From assembly GCA_963693365.1 (NCBI GenBank), contig CAVNZM010000015.1, forward strand, positions 5,974,831 to 6,038,830: a stretch of 64,000 bases of DNA, given 5' to 3'. The stretch is from Amoebidium appalachense (lineage: Eukaryota > Protista > Ichthyosporea). The notes beneath the pieces are model-generated. The model saw only the letters and a list, made by a program, of their open reading frames with translations. It had not been told where the DNA came from and made no database searches. Made by a program: the position numbers and the translations under genes. Below, one piece after another: positions 1-12,972 of the stretch; the first letter of the stretch is position 1, and each line of letters begins with the position of its first letter.

Positions 1-24
1 TGTCCGTGCATGTGTGCATGTGTG

Positions 25-89
<65 letters not shown>

Positions 90-314
90 ATGTATGTGTG
101 TGTGTATGTGCTCAGTTGAGAGGGAAGGGGGGGGGGGGGGGATGCACCGTGTGTGTGCATGTGTGCACGTGTGTGTGTGTGTGTGCTCTGTGGAGAGGGA
201 TGGGGAGGGGGAGGAAATGCACCGTGTGTGTGCATATGTGTGTGTGTCTCTCTGTATGTGTGTGTGTGTGTGTTGTGTGTTTGTGTGTGTGAGCATGTCT
301 TTTTGTGTGTGTGT

Positions 315-366
<52 letters not shown>

Positions 367-507
367 GGTGTGTGTGTGTGTCCCGGTGTGCATGTGCGTG
401 CGTGTGTGTGAGTGCATGTTTTTGGAGTGCATGTTTTTGCATTGTGTGCGAGCATGTGGATGCCTTGGTGAGAACAAGATTGGACGGTGTCGAATGCTGT
501 GTGTGTT

Positions 508-540
<33 letters not shown>
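1..540 (-). repeat. Compound CA/TG microsatellite block, inverted copy of ~7370-7864
   Basis: Unique interruptions (tgtccgtgca, ctcagttgagagggaagg, gtcccggtgtg x2, ggatgccttgg..gacggt) recur reverse-complemented and in reverse order at 7370-7864. Confidence 0.8.
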
Positions 541-715
541 CTGTGTGCGTGTGTGTTTTTTTGGGGGGAGAGGGGTAGTAGGAGGACCAGAGGGGGGGGG
601 GGGGGGGTTGGTAAAGAGTACGAGAGAAAGGGGTAAAATTTCAGACATGTGGAGGCTTGAGCAAAAGCAGGTTAAGGCCATAATGGGTAAAACCGGCGCT
701 GGAACGAGAGGGGAA

Positions 716-759
<44 letters not shown>

Positions 760-1296
760 GATGATGTGTGCATTCGAGGGTGGCAGCCAAAGAAGCAAAG
801 CATCGCAAAGGACATTGCAATAGAGGGACACAGGACCAAAACAGGATCAATGGGAGAAGAGGGAAAAAAATTAATAGTTAACGGGGAGGGATAAGAAGAA
901 ATACTGCAAGTAATCGAGGCGAACAGGTATGGGGGGAACCGGGCAGGAAGAAGGGGGGGGGGGGGGGGGGGGGGGGGGAGTGAAGGACGAGAGGATGGGT
1001 CACAAGGACAGAGATTATTCAGTAGAGACTAAGGCTTCAGCCGGGAAGGGAGGGGAGGGGGGGAGGGGGGGAGAGGGAGGTGAGAGGAGGGGGTGGGGGG
1101 GGTCATAAAAGGACAAGGAAAGGAGGTGATTTCAGCAACCAGTCGAGGCTTGAACAAGAGTAGGTGAAGTTTGTAACGGTTAGCAAAACTGGTGCTAGAA
1201 CGAGAGAGGAAACACACAGTGAAACGTAAAAGAGGGTAGAGAGTTGAGAGGAAGAAGGGGAAGTTTGTGTGTGTGCGTGTATGCATGGGTGGGTGG

Positions 1297-1411
<115 letters not shown>

Positions 1412-1762
1412 TGTGTGAGTGGTTACACTGGCAGCGTCCGTGGTGATGGGTTTGGGGGGGAAGGGGGTGAGGGGAGTGAGGGATGTTTCGAAGAAAGAAA
1501 AGTATTGCAAGTAACAAGGGGGCATAAAGACATAGGACTAAAACAAAATGGAGGGGGAGGAGGGGGGGATGCTGTAAACTTTGATGCGTCTCGGGGACGT
1601 GTGTAGGGACTGCGAGTTCTCTTAGATTTGCATTTCAGAATTTTTACTCTATTCCTCCAGGTTTTTTTAATATTTTTTTTAGGGTTGGGTTGGGGGGGGG
1701 GGAGGGGGGGGGGGGGGTTGTCATTACTTTCCTGTATTATCCTTCATGATACTTCAAGTTTT

Positions 1763-2260
1763 ATACCCTACAGCTTACACAGGATGTAGGCTGGTGAAAG
1801 GTTTAATGGTAGGACGTTCGGTGACGTTTGTACCACGGACCACGGGAACATCTTCCCCAGGAACAGTATTCAAAACAAAGAACTTTTATATTTTGGTTTT
1901 TTTATAAAAATATTTTCTGTAAACCGTGATGGTGTCCGATATCAACAGGCTTTGTTTCATGTTTAGCAGCGCGTCGCTGCCCGCAACGGCACACGACAAA
2001 ACACCAGATTCCAAGACAACCGAGTATTGCCAGGAAACAAAACACAATAGCAGCGAGCACACAGTTTAGCAGATCAGCAGGCAACACTAGCACCTACAGC
2101 ACGCTATTTTTCTTTTTTTAGGGTCCCTAAAGGTATACCCTACAGCTACACAGGAGTAGGTGGTGAAAGGTTTAATGGTAGGACGGTGACGTTTGTACCA
2201 CGGACCACGGGAACATCTTCCCCAGGAACAGTATTCAAAACAAAGAACTTTTATATTTTG
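1763..2260. repeat. Two direct copies of a ~130-bp unit (1763-1893, 2134-2260)
   Basis: accctacagc..ggtgaaaggtttaatggtaggacg..accacgggaacatcttccccaggaacagtattcaaaacaaagaacttttatattttg present twice. Confidence 0.85.
1902..2093 (-). CDS. Putative exon encoding a transmembrane helix plus Cys/basic juxtamembrane tail
   Basis: tgtag| acceptor, then VLVLPADLLNCVLAAIVFCFLAILGCLGIWCFVVCRCGQRRAAK; no family recognised. Confidence 0.3.
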   Translation of the reverse strand: MLVLPADLLNCVLAAIVFCFLAILGCLGIWCFVVCRCGQRRAAKHETKPVDIGHHHGLQKIFL

Positions 2261-2299
2261 AGGTGCTAAAAACGTGAGGACCATTTGTTATGGCCGTTG

Positions 2300-3480
2300 C
2301 CCTTCTCAATCTTGGTACGGAAATGCACCCATAATAAGTAACTGCAAATGTATTGTATATGACGTGTGTATATCGTACAGGTACTGGTAGTATATTGATA
2401 GTACCTCCTACGTAATGATTTGTTCGCAATCGAACATACTGGCAGTATATACTGAGACTATAACCAATATATGGTGTCCTTAGCTGTGTCCGTATTGGTG
2501 ACAGTATTATAGATGTATTCGTGACATTGCCAATACCACTTGTGCCTTAGATATTCGCAATAGGATAAAAGTTTTCTTGCTATATCATGTTTATGTTTTA
2601 CTAATATGGATGTGATATGGGTAGGATATGATCTACATAATGTCAGTATATGTCCACCCTAATACCACGGTATTAGCAATGTACTGCGCATACAAGGACT
2701 ACACTCCGAACATGTTTGTTGAACATGTGTTGGCAATACATTCACAATATTGCAACTACATAGGTAAAGTGACCTGATCTTTCATCCCCAATATTTTACC
2801 AATATATTGGCAATAAAATACACGCCCCATATTTTCGGTTGCTTTTAGGCTATTGATAATAGGTGCATAATAGTCTTGATATTGTGACGGATACATTGGC
2901 AATACATTTCGACCGAATTGAGATCCTATTATAATCATATCATAACCCTATAACCAATAGCGACATTATGTTTGTATCGGCCATATGGGACATATGGGTT
3001 GGGTATATTGCCAATATCCCGAAATGGTCAGGAAGAATACATTCATAATATATTGGCAATAGTCTTGCCACGTTGGACAATACCCTAATTTGACACAAAA
3101 TTGTCCTACATTTTATATATTCATAACGTATTGACAATACTCCGCAAGCAATAGTATAATACCGAATAAGTACATTGACAATATCGAAATTGTATTGTTA
3201 ATAGGCACACGTACACGCATTTTGGGATATTGCCAGTACATTACTCATACGGTATATAGTTATTGGTGGTAGACCTGACATGGTATGACAATAATATAAA
3301 AATATTATGCCGATATTACGTCAATATTACAGTTCTATTACACTTCTATAGCGTCTCTACCACAGAAAATTTCTACTCGCAATACATTGGCAATGGATAA
3401 TTGATATTACTTCAGTATTAATCTGGTGTTTTTACGATATTGGCAATAGATAATAGCCTCACAATATTGGCAATACCACG
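2300..3480. repeat. AT-rich degenerate element with many ATTGCCAAT/ATTGGCAAT motifs in both orientations (MITE/foldback-like relic)
   Basis: Recurrent tattggcaat / attgccaata words; no ORF; termini not resolved. Confidence 0.35.
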
Positions 3481-3489
3481 GGGAAGTTT

Positions 3490-4330
3490 GCTGATGTAAA
3501 TAACGCCTGAAGTAGTCGACCATAGGGAAGTGGGAGTCCTCGAGTCGCCAACTTATGCCAAAGCAAATTCTTCGGAACCGTGTCGTAGGCATTCTTAAGG
3601 TCATGAAGCAAACCTCGCGATATCCCGAACGGAAGTGTCGTGTAAAAGAAGAGATGAGTATAGCACGAATAAGCATGCCGAAAACCGCCCGAATGTTCTC
3701 GTCTCGCGGGGTCTGACTCACACGCTGGTTGGACAAACTTCCGGCTAGTCCAGTGATGCCTATATCGGTCTATTTTTGGAATGTGCGGGAACAACAAAAC
3801 AGTTACACCATATTCTCATCAGACCCACCACACCTTTGTTGGTTAGTTGAAACATGTTTTACAATCACCATCAGCCAGCAATCCAATTGTCTGATGGTAC
3901 GCAGTATTCACCCAATCACGATGCCGAGGTAGCCGAGCCAACCAGCTGTAGCATCAATGCCAATGTCAACGGATACCAGCTCCATTGTTTATCGCACGGG
4001 TCACATTTTTATCTCCCCTCACCTCGGAACGGAGGACACATCTACGGTCACTTCCCCGTCACAGCAACACGGACTTTATTTTCTATGCACCGATCTCCCA
4101 AGTTCACTCCACCATCCCACTCACCGGCGTCCCTACAATAGCAGGCCGTGCCTACCAAGCAGTCCAAGCATGCTACCTCACCCTACAGATGAGGCACCAC
4201 GACGGACTGGTTGCTCCATTTGGCATCATCCGTTCGTTTCTCCACTCCGAGTTCACTATCTACTGCGTCAGACCACAAGCCTATTATCATTCAAATTTCC
4301 ACTCCTGTTTCTCCACACAGTTTGTGTAAC
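3490..4330. pseudogene. Degenerate non-LTR (LINE) reverse transcriptase fragments
   Basis: Minus strand 3490-3790 encodes GGFRHAYSCYTHLF...HDLKNAYDTVPKNLLWHKLATRGLP..RLLQALF, matching LINE RT subdomains 2-3 (QxGFR..S, DxxKAYDxV). Plus strand 3800-4330 has only weak later-subdomain-like remnants. Confidence 0.6.
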
Positions 4331-4614
4331 TAAACGCCTTATTGCTCGCAAACAAGAGTGAACTCAATCGGCTTAGTATCAAAGTGCCTAAAGGAGATTC
4401 ACCTCACCCTCCTGCAGGCCGTGCAGGATGCCGAAGCAGAGGGACCCACCCAGAGGTATTTATTCTCTCTCATCTATGAACAGTGATAGTGTGGTCGTAG
4501 TGTCGAATATCCCTATGTTGGGTTACGATCATCTCTCACCTAGACCACTTAGGCCAAACTCCTCCGTTACTCCTCAAGAGTCTAGGCCGTTGCCCCAAAG
4601 AACGACCCACACCC

Positions 4615-5133
4615 ACCGGACGCTGGTTGATGGCCGTCAGCGCGGCGCACACCCCGGAGGTGGGGTGTTTGTTGTCAGCGTGATGTTGCGCACGGCGTGC
4701 TCGCAGGAAAGCCCGCCCGTGCGTGCGCACAGCGAGGGAAGCGTCGGGCGTGTGGGGGCAGGCTGTGTGGGCGTCTGAGTGTGCAGCTGCGTCCAGCTCG
4801 CTCCCTTGTCCAGCAGCACCTGCAGCCCGTTGGCTGGCGGCAAACCGCACCATGATGTCCACCAGGCCGTTCCCGTGCCCGCTCGGGGGTACCCCACCGT
4901 GCCGAGCACCGTGCCACTGGCACCGAGTAGAGCCCGGACGCGACTGGTACTCGTCGAACGTCAGCGGTACACCAGGCTGCAGTGAGCCCGCATAACTGGT
5001 GTCCTCCTTGTCGTACCGCGAGTTTGTGCCCGACGTGAACAGCGGCTGCGGCGGCCGAAACCAATTGCCCACAAGGCATCGGCACCGCTGTTCGTGCCGT
5101 CGCCGGCCCCATCAGCAATCTCCCCCCCTCGTA
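4615..5133 (-). pseudogene. GC-rich frameshifted coding-like segment, possibly FG-GAP-repeat-like
   Basis: Codon-like GC bias; NGLVDIMV...NGLQVLLDKGASWTQL joined across a frameshift; gtgggt donor near 4615. Confidence 0.2.
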
Positions 5134-5169
5134 ACCCCACCGAAGACCTCGTCGATGGGTTGGCACTGG

Positions 5170-5965
5170 TTTAGGACTGTCTAATGGATGGGTTTAGGGT
5201 TTTGAAGGAAAAACCTCCAAACCCGTCGACGACGTCGTAGACCGTCGGGGAGTGGTTTACGACCCCTTTAGGGATGACCGAATATTGGGACGCCCAAGAT
5301 ACCCAACCACACCATGAGGGCACCAAAGACCCTAACCCCAAATATACACTGATGTCGTGCACACCAAAAACTCACCCAAAAACGAAAAAAAAACGAAAAA
5401 CCCAAAACCCAAAGATGAAAAAGGCACCCCCTCGAAAAAAGGAAAGTCGAAGATGGTTACAATTCCATATGAATTCCGACAACCATTAGTTGTGTAAACC
5501 CCCCCCCCCCACGAATGAATGCTCTGCACACCCAACGTAAGACTGTAATGGACGTCTGAAAACCCGCTATTGGATTGTTTACACGGCACACCTCCGGATT
5601 ACGACATCATAAGGTTGTCTTGCTGCACCCCCACGGAAGACTGTCTTAAGACGTCGGAAACAACTGTTGAATGGATGGGTTTACAATATCCATAGGAATG
5701 TCCTCGACAACCATTAGTTGTCGTAAACCCCCCAGAGTGCGACATCGTAACATGCTCGGGCGACACCCAACGTAAGACTGTCAATGGACGTCTGAAAACC
5801 TGCCTAATGGATTGGTTTACAGTATCCATTTGAAGGTCCACGACACACCATGTATGTCGTAAACACCTGCAAATTACGACATCGTTAGATGATATTATGA
5901 TGCCCCATCGTAAGACTGTCATTAGACGTCTGAAAACCCCGCCTGATGGATGGGTTTACCGTATC
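5170..5965. repeat. Degenerate ~110-140 bp tandem repeat
   Basis: Recurrent cgtaagactgtc..gacgtctgaaaacc..atgggttta core at ~5175, 5535, 5635, 5768, 5908. Confidence 0.6.
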
Positions 5966-6329
5966 GATAGGAAGGTCATGGCAGGCCATGTTGAAATCAC
6001 ATAAATTAGCACTGGTAGTAAAAAGCCAAGCTGAGTGTACATTTTAATTGAGAATCTGGAGGGGCTGCTGTATAGCTATATGATACCACTATCATTAGGC
6101 AGATATGTGTAATATAGGTGTTAATAATTTTCTTGTAAAATTGTAAATAATAACTGGTGGCACGGCCTTCTGGATACATATAACCGTTATGGATGTTTTA
6201 TGGGGGTTTCGTGGGAATGCTGGCATACTTGAAAGAGAATACATAAGAGAACGAATCGGATGCTGAGGGGGTACAACAACTAGCAGAGTTTGTGGGTGCC
6301 TGGAACGGCACTGATTATAGTAGGGATAA

Positions 6330-6792
6330 TTAGACCCCCCACACAGAGAACTGCCTAATGCAAAGTTTGGTTGTGCTCCCAACAATCCCCTGCACGTTAT
6401 TAACTGTTGAATCCCCCCTTTTCCCTATGTATTATAGCGCATTTTGCCTAATATGGATGTACAACGGTTAATAACTTTCCCCACAGAAATGGGGAGACAG
6501 TCCGACCTGATGCGGTTTTGTTAGACCCCCCACACAGAGACACTCCCTCATGCAAAGTTTGGTTGTGCCCCCATCAATCCCCTGCACGTTATTAACCGTT
6601 GAATTCCCCCCTTTCCCTATGTATTACAGCGCATTTTGCCTAATATGGACGTACAACGGTCAATAACTTTTCCCACAGAAATGGGGGGACAGTCCGACGG
6701 TCGGACCGGTTTTGTTACATTAACCACACAGAGAAACTGCCTAAAGCAAAGTTTGGTTGGGCCCCATCAATCCCCTGCACGTTATTAACCGT
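6330..6792. repeat. ~190-bp tandem repeat, 2.4 copies
   Basis: cacacagaga..gcaaagtttggttg..caatcccctgcacgttattaac at ~6340, 6531, 6726. Confidence 0.85.
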
Positions 6793-7219
6793 GCAAATGT
6801 ATCCATCTTGTAGTATCCACCTTTCGGTGGTTCACATGTCTACGGTGTAATAAAGATGTCCAAACATAGTCCATAAGAAGCCTATGTATATCCAGGGCCA
6901 CCCCAAGACTGTACAATACATCAATTACTGTCGTAAAAGATATATCGTACGGAAAGAGAGAAAACGAGAACGACACAAACACCGCAGGAACTATCAAAAT
7001 GATACAGTACTCACCTGCAAAATGAATGCATGCAGAGTTGTATATGATCGGCATGCAGTATTTTGAGCCGCCCCAGCCCAGCGACCCCCCCCAGAGGGCC
7101 CAGAAAGAACGCCACGCCTGCTTTTTTTGTGATATACTAATAAATGCACTAGAGCGGGAGAACGGTACAACGTGAGGGGGGGGGGGGGTCGTAGTGGGAA
7201 GGAGGGAAGACAGGGGGGG

Positions 7220-7259
<40 letters not shown>

Positions 7260-7358
7260 ACACGTACGTTCTCGCTCCTTCATCTCGTTGAGTGAGTCCT
7301 TTTAGAATGTATTTCCGTTTATTTTTACACATATCGCCACACCGGCGACACAGCCCCG

Positions 7359-7393
<35 letters not shown>

Positions 7394-7517
7394 CAACACA
7401 CACAGCACGATACCGTCCAACTTGCTCTTCCCAAGGCATCCACAGCCGCACACAATGCAGAAACATGCACTCACACACACGCACGCACACTGGCACACCG
7501 GGACACACACACACACC

Positions 7518-7599
<82 letters not shown>

Positions 7600-7797
7600 A
7601 CACACACACAAACACACAACACACACACACACACATACAGAGAAACACACACACATATGCACACGCACGGGCATTTCCTCCCCTCCCATTCCCCTCCACA
7701 GAGCACACACACACACACACGTGCACACATGCACACACATGGTGCATCCCCCCCCCCCCCCTTCCCTCTCAACCGAGCACAACACACACACATACAT

Positions 7798-7840
<43 letters not shown>

Positions 7841-10159
7841 CACACATGCACACATGCACGGACACGAATCCCCCCTTCCCCTTCCCTCTCCACCGAGCAC
7901 ATGCACACAGCACAGACATGCACACACACACACACACCACACACGACGCACACAGACATGCACACACACACAAACACACAACACACACACACACATACAC
8001 ACAGACACACACACACACACACACACACATACATGCACACACACGGTGCATTTCCCCCCTCCCCTTCCCTCTCCACAGAGCACACACACACACACGTGCA
8101 CACATGCACACACACGTGCATCCCCCTCTCCCCCCTGCCCCAACGAGCACAACACACACACAGACATGCACACACACACAACATACACAGACATCCACAC
8201 ACAGACACAGACACGCAACACACACACACACACGCACAAACACACACATGCACATATGCACACACAGACACACACACATGCACATGCACACTCACATATG
8301 CACACACACACACACACGCAAACACACACACACACACACACATACAGATATGCACACACACACACTGTCTCTCTCTCTTTTCTCCCTCCCTCCCACTTTG
8401 TAATACGTATATTAAATGTAATCTCTAGTTTGTGTTATGTTTCAGTTCATATGCTTAGTGTAAATGCCACACTCCTATTATGTAAAGTGTAGCATCGATC
8501 TCCGAACTTTATACTTTAATGTGTTGTATCGGCTTTAATCGTGTGTTGTAATATCGATTAGAATATTTATATTGTGTACACGGATCCACCCACTCAGGGA
8601 GAGACGTTAATTTCGTGTGTACATAAATATCTCTGGTTATAGTTATCTATTACTATCTTTTTTTGATCTGTGCCTCTTTTCCTTCCTCTTTCTCCTTCCT
8701 TATTTTCTTTCCTTTCTCTCCTTGTCTTCATGTGTATAGTCGTATTTCTTTTACTAAAATTTAGGTAGATTTTTATTAATAGTATTAGGTACAATAGCAC
8801 AAAATAATGACTTATTTATTATTTCATGTGTTGCCGCTTAACCAATATCAAGGTTAAGTGTGATAGAGTCTTCAGTATGTATAGAGAAGAAAAAGTCCTA
8901 TCGTGTACGTCTCCGACGAGAAAGCAAAACAGAAAAAGTAGGTACTGTTGCACTCACCACTGTGTCTCTCTTTCATCCCAAATACTTATATATTTAACAG
9001 TTAGCAGCCTTTGCACGCTCCCTACACACACTAGAACTAGCGATGTTTTTCAATCATGGATCCAAACAAAATGGAAACAAAATAACCAGTGGAAAGGTGA
9101 AGGGAAGACTGGCCCGAAGCAACCACCATTTTCAATGGGAAATCATCTCGGAGATGACCGGCACAAAGGTGCGACTGTGGATGTTGACGCGACACTACGT
9201 CCCCCTACCACCGTCGCGGTGACGGGAACCCCCCACGGCACGGACCCGGGACCAAGGAGGCCCGCAATTGCCCCGCCCAATGAAGAACATCGACCCTTCC
9301 GTCCTCACCACCGTTGCCCAGAGAGGACCGGGGGGCCACCCAGGCACCCGAGTCCGCATCCTCACCGTAGTGGGATGCCGTGCCCCAGCCCGGGAATCAC
9401 ACCACCACCTGAGGCGCAGACCACGGAACCAGCTCCAGTCCCTCCAAGATGAGTCCATTCACTTCACTCGTCTCTATGAAAAACTACTCCGGGACGTGTG
9501 TTGCCTCTAGGGGGACATCCCCTTGGACGAAAGTGAACCTGCAATGGTTGTAAACCACGGCAAGCCCCCAGTCATCAATTTATTGATCCGTGAGGTCCAT
9601 GTGCCCAAAAAACGGGGGAAGGCTTCGCCCCGTGAAAAAACAGCACGTATGTGTGGATCAATGGGGGTTGTGTGTGGGTATAGGTGGGTGGGTGAAAAGG
9701 AATATATAGCTGTAAGGCTGTGGATGCTAAACACAGAAGATGTGTTTGTAGCTTGCTGATCTGCTAAAAACTGTCGTGCTTATATACCTAAGCCTACCGA
9801 TCTGAACCAATCAAAAATCGATCTAGTGATATGTGAAATCTGATCCGAACCAATCATAACTCGGTCTAGTGATCTGTGGTATCTGATGTTTTGACTGGCT
9901 AATAGGTGCCCGTGTGCGGGCAGCCAACCGCTAACTGCTAAAACACGAAATGAAGCCTACATGGTTATGTTGGTATCGAACACCCATCCTACGTGTTTAC
10001 CCAGAAAAATATTTATGTCAATAATTTCCACAAATAAAACCTCTATGAAAAACTACTCCGGGACGTGTGTTGCCTCTAGGGGGACATCCCCTTGGACGAA
10101 AGTGAACCTGCAATGGTTGTAAACCACGGCACGAGAGCAGTATGCTTGCTCCAAAGGTT

Positions 10160-11191
10160 TCACTTAAGAATAGAGGCGAATACACGTGTGGTGGTGGCAG
10201 CAATGGAGGCCGGACGAAGTCGGGTATAGATCAGGAAGCAGTCGGAGGACCACCGGCCGAGTTGTTTGATCCGGGAGTCGTCGACCCCGGCCTCAGCCAG
10301 TGCTGTGGCCCCCCCGATGCGGAGGCTGTGTCCGGCAAACCGGGAGGGTGAGAGGCCTGCCCGGGAGAGGAGGGCACGGAAATCGGCAGAGAAAGCACTC
10401 TTGGTGTAGGGGATGCCACCGAGACTGAAGAGGGGGTCGTCGGGTTGACCGGACGTTGTATCCAGGAACTGCCGGAGGAGATGGGCTGGGGAGAAGTGGG
10501 TGAGGGGCAGGGCAGCTAGGGTGACGTTGACACCTCGGGCCTGTACATCCGTCTTAGAGGTTGGCAGGTGGAGGGTGGCATGGGACAAAGTACCGGTGGG
10601 GGTGTAGCTGAAGGTCACGTCCTTCCGTTTAACGTGACGGGACGGGTCGAAAGAAGTCAGGGTCTTGGAGGTAAATTCCCCTGAACGGAGGAGACCACAG
10701 AAACCGACGATGAGGGCCGTCCATAGCCGGAGATTGGCCGAGGAGGCCTTGGTGGGGCACTGGCCGTGGAGTAGGTGGAGGTGGGAGGGGAGGAGGGGTT
10801 CCCTGGTGGATGAGCGGGGTCGGATGTTGTGAGAAAGCTGCCATCGGCCTACCCCCCGTAGGAACCAGGCCAGAGACTTGTCGTGGGGGTAGGGAGCAGG
10901 GAGGCCCATGTCGAGGTGGAGCCTGGTGATGGCCGAATTGTAGCCGGTTAAGGAAGAGGCCTGTACCCCTTGTTGGGCACACCAGGCGAGAAAAAGTTGC
11001 ACGGTGTGTGGGGAGGCCGGGAGGGAGGACCCGGAGGAGGATTGCAGCCGAGATGCCACACAGAAATCGATGAACACTTTTTGCACCCGGGAGTAAAAGG
11101 CCCGAGAGTCGAGGTTGAGACTCAGGGCCTGGCATTCCTGCAGGGTAGTGGTGGCTCGAAGCAGCTCGGCCGGAGCAAAGTGGGGGGCCAA
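10160..11191 (-). CDS. Tyrosine recombinase
   Basis: Catalytic set LLRSGEF (R), SKTD (K), HSLRIGGAT (HxxR), GRW, FLIYTR (Y). Confidence 0.95.
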   Translation of the reverse strand: MAPHFAPAELLRATTTLQECQALSLNLDSRAFYSRVQKVFIDFCVASRLQSSSGSSLPASPHTVQLFLAWCAQQGVQASSLTGYNSAITRLHLDMGLPAPYPHDKSLAWFLRGVGRWQLSHNIRPRSSTREPLLPSHLHLLHGQCPTKASSANLRLWTALIVGFCGLLRSGEFTSKTLTSFDPSRHVKRKDVTFSYTPTGTLSHATLHLPTSKTDVQARGVNVTLAALPLTHFSPAHLLRQFLDTTSGQPDDPLFSLGGIPYTKSAFSADFRALLSRAGLSPSRFAGHSLRIGGATALAEAGVDDSRIKQLGRWSSDCFLIYTRLRPASIAATTTRVFASILK

Positions 11192-11247
11192 TCTGCCAGT
11201 GTTGCTCCGGAACGGGAGATCTGGGGGGGGGGGGGGGGGGGGGGGGG

Positions 11248-12900
11248 TTAGCCCAAGGGAAGGGATAGGAACTCGTGGACCCAGGAGGGGAAGGGGCAGG
11301 GCTCCGGTTGCAGGGAAGGTCGGAGTCGTCGGGCCCGGGGAAGTTGGTTACGAGAAATGGCATCGGCCAGATGGTTGAGGGGTCCTGGTAGGTAGGATGC
11401 CTGTAACGTAAATTGGTATTGCATTTCCATGCGGGTGATGAACCGAATAAGTTTGGCCATCACGGGGTGGGGGGAAGACCGGGAGTGCAGGTCAGACACA
11501 GCACCCGTGTTGTCGCATAAAATACGGACATGGTGGGTGGACCAGGAGGGGGCCCAGAGGGCCACGGCGGCTGCGATGGCCAGGAGTTCGATGACGGAAG
11601 AACCGAGTTTACCCTCATGAGCATAGAGGGCTTGGGTGGAGGGGGACCAGGGCATGAAGAACCATTGGTCGAGCCAGTGGCCACCTAGACCCACCGATCC
11701 GGCAGCATCAGTGGCCAGGGTGGTGTATGTGGGGGGTGTGATGAGGTGCACCCCATTCCATGATGTGAGGAACTGGTGCCATTCGGCTATGTCGGCCCGG
11801 GCGGCAGCAGTCAGTCGTATGTGGTGGTGGCCGGCAAGGTGTGGGTGGGTCCGGAGAAGGGCCCATAGGCGCTGGGAGAAGGCCCTCCCGGGGGGAACCA
11901 GCTGGGCACACCAGGTGAGTTTGCCGAGGAGGGACTGGAGGTCCCGAATGGTGATGGTGGGCTTTGGGTGGGAAGTGAGGTCGAGTAGGTCCGAGAGCTT
12001 GGAAGCCGGGATTCGTGCCTCCATGGCGATGGAGTCGAATTCGATACCGATGAAGACGACACGGGTAGCCGGGCCCTGCATCTTGTCTTCGGAGATGGCA
12101 ATGTGCAGCTCTCGGCAGAGTTGCAGAAAGGTGGATAGGTGACGTTGGCACTGCTGTTGTGTGGGGGCGACTATAATCCAGTCGTCTACGTAGTGGCGGA
12201 TGAGGGTAATACCGTGCTGGTGTGCCAGCCACTGTAGGGTGGCCGCGATCCGTTCCCAGATGGCTGGGCTAGATTTCAGGCCGAAGGGCAGTCTGGTTTC
12301 AACGTAAAAATGCCCTTGCCATTTGAATGCCATTAAGTGGTGGTCTTCCGGTCGGATGGGCATGTGCCGGAAGGCAGCCTGCACATCTGCCACGGCCATG
12401 TAGCAGCCGGGGCCTGCGTCGAGAATGAGTTGGGTGACATCCCGGGCGCGAATGTACTGAAGTTCGTCGGGGTAGGTGATGCTGTCATTGACACTGCTAC
12501 CCCGGGGCCAGGAGAGGTGGTGGATTCGACGGTACTTGGGGGGGTTCCCTTTCTTGGTAACGGCGCCGATGGGGGAGGAACGGTGGACGGGAAATTCGTC
12601 AAAGAATTGGGCCGGGGAGAGGGGGCCGCGCAGGTGGCCGAGGGCGACTTCTTTGGCAATATCCACCGTGATAGCGGCAGCTGCCTCCGGGGGTGGTGGG
12701 TAGGTTGGGGCCCACCCGAGAGGTGGAGGGGCCGCGATAGCCGATGTCGACGCCGAATTCGACATCGTGGAGGAGTTGTGCGGCGAATGGTTGGTCCGGG
12801 TAGGAGGCCAGCAGTTCCCGGAGGCGGGAGGTGTCAATGTGGTGCTGGGGCAGCGGGCGGGCCTCCGGGTCTGAGCCTCGGGGGAAGGGGTGGTTAGCAA
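11248..12900 (-). CDS. Reverse transcriptase / RNase H of the YR retrotransposon (one frameshift near 12695)
   Basis: KYRRIHHLSWP, DVQAAFRHMP, RLPFGLKSSP, HYVDDW; RH motifs TDAAG, IELLAI, CDN, NHLADAISR. The true N-terminus (LLHDVEFGVDIGYRGP) is in the 12599-13087 frame. Confidence 0.93.
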   Translation of the reverse strand: MLTTPSPEAQTRRPARCPSTTLTPPASGNCWPPTRTNHSPHNSSTMSNSASTSAIAAPPPLGWAPTYPPPPEAAAAITVDIAKEVALGHLRGPLSPAQFFDEFPVHRSSPIGAVTKKGNPPKYRRIHHLSWPRGSSVNDSITYPDELQYIRARDVTQLILDAGPGCYMAVADVQAAFRHMPIRPEDHHLMAFKWQGHFYVETRLPFGLKSSPAIWERIAATLQWLAHQHGITLIRHYVDDWIIVAPTQQQCQRHLSTFLQLCRELHIAISEDKMQGPATRVVFIGIEFDSIAMEARIPASKLSDLLDLTSHPKPTITIRDLQSLLGKLTWCAQLVPPGRAFSQRLWALLRTHPHLAGHHHIRLTAAARADIAEWHQFLTSWNGVHLITPPTYTTLATDAAGSVGLGGHWLDQWFFMPWSPSTQALYAHEGKLGSSVIELLAIAAAVALWAPSWSTHHVRILCDNTGAVSDLHSRSSPHPVMAKLIRFITRMEMQYQFTLQASYLPGPLNHLADAISRNQLPRARRLRPSLQPEPCPFPSWVHEFLSLPLG

Positions 12901-12931
12901 GGGTGGTGTACCCTTGGGGAGATCCCGGCAG

Positions 12932-12972
<41 letters not shown>

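Noticed and set aside
7292-8492. Long His/Thr and Cys/Val ORFs here and elsewhere
   Set aside because: Translations of CA/TG microsatellites
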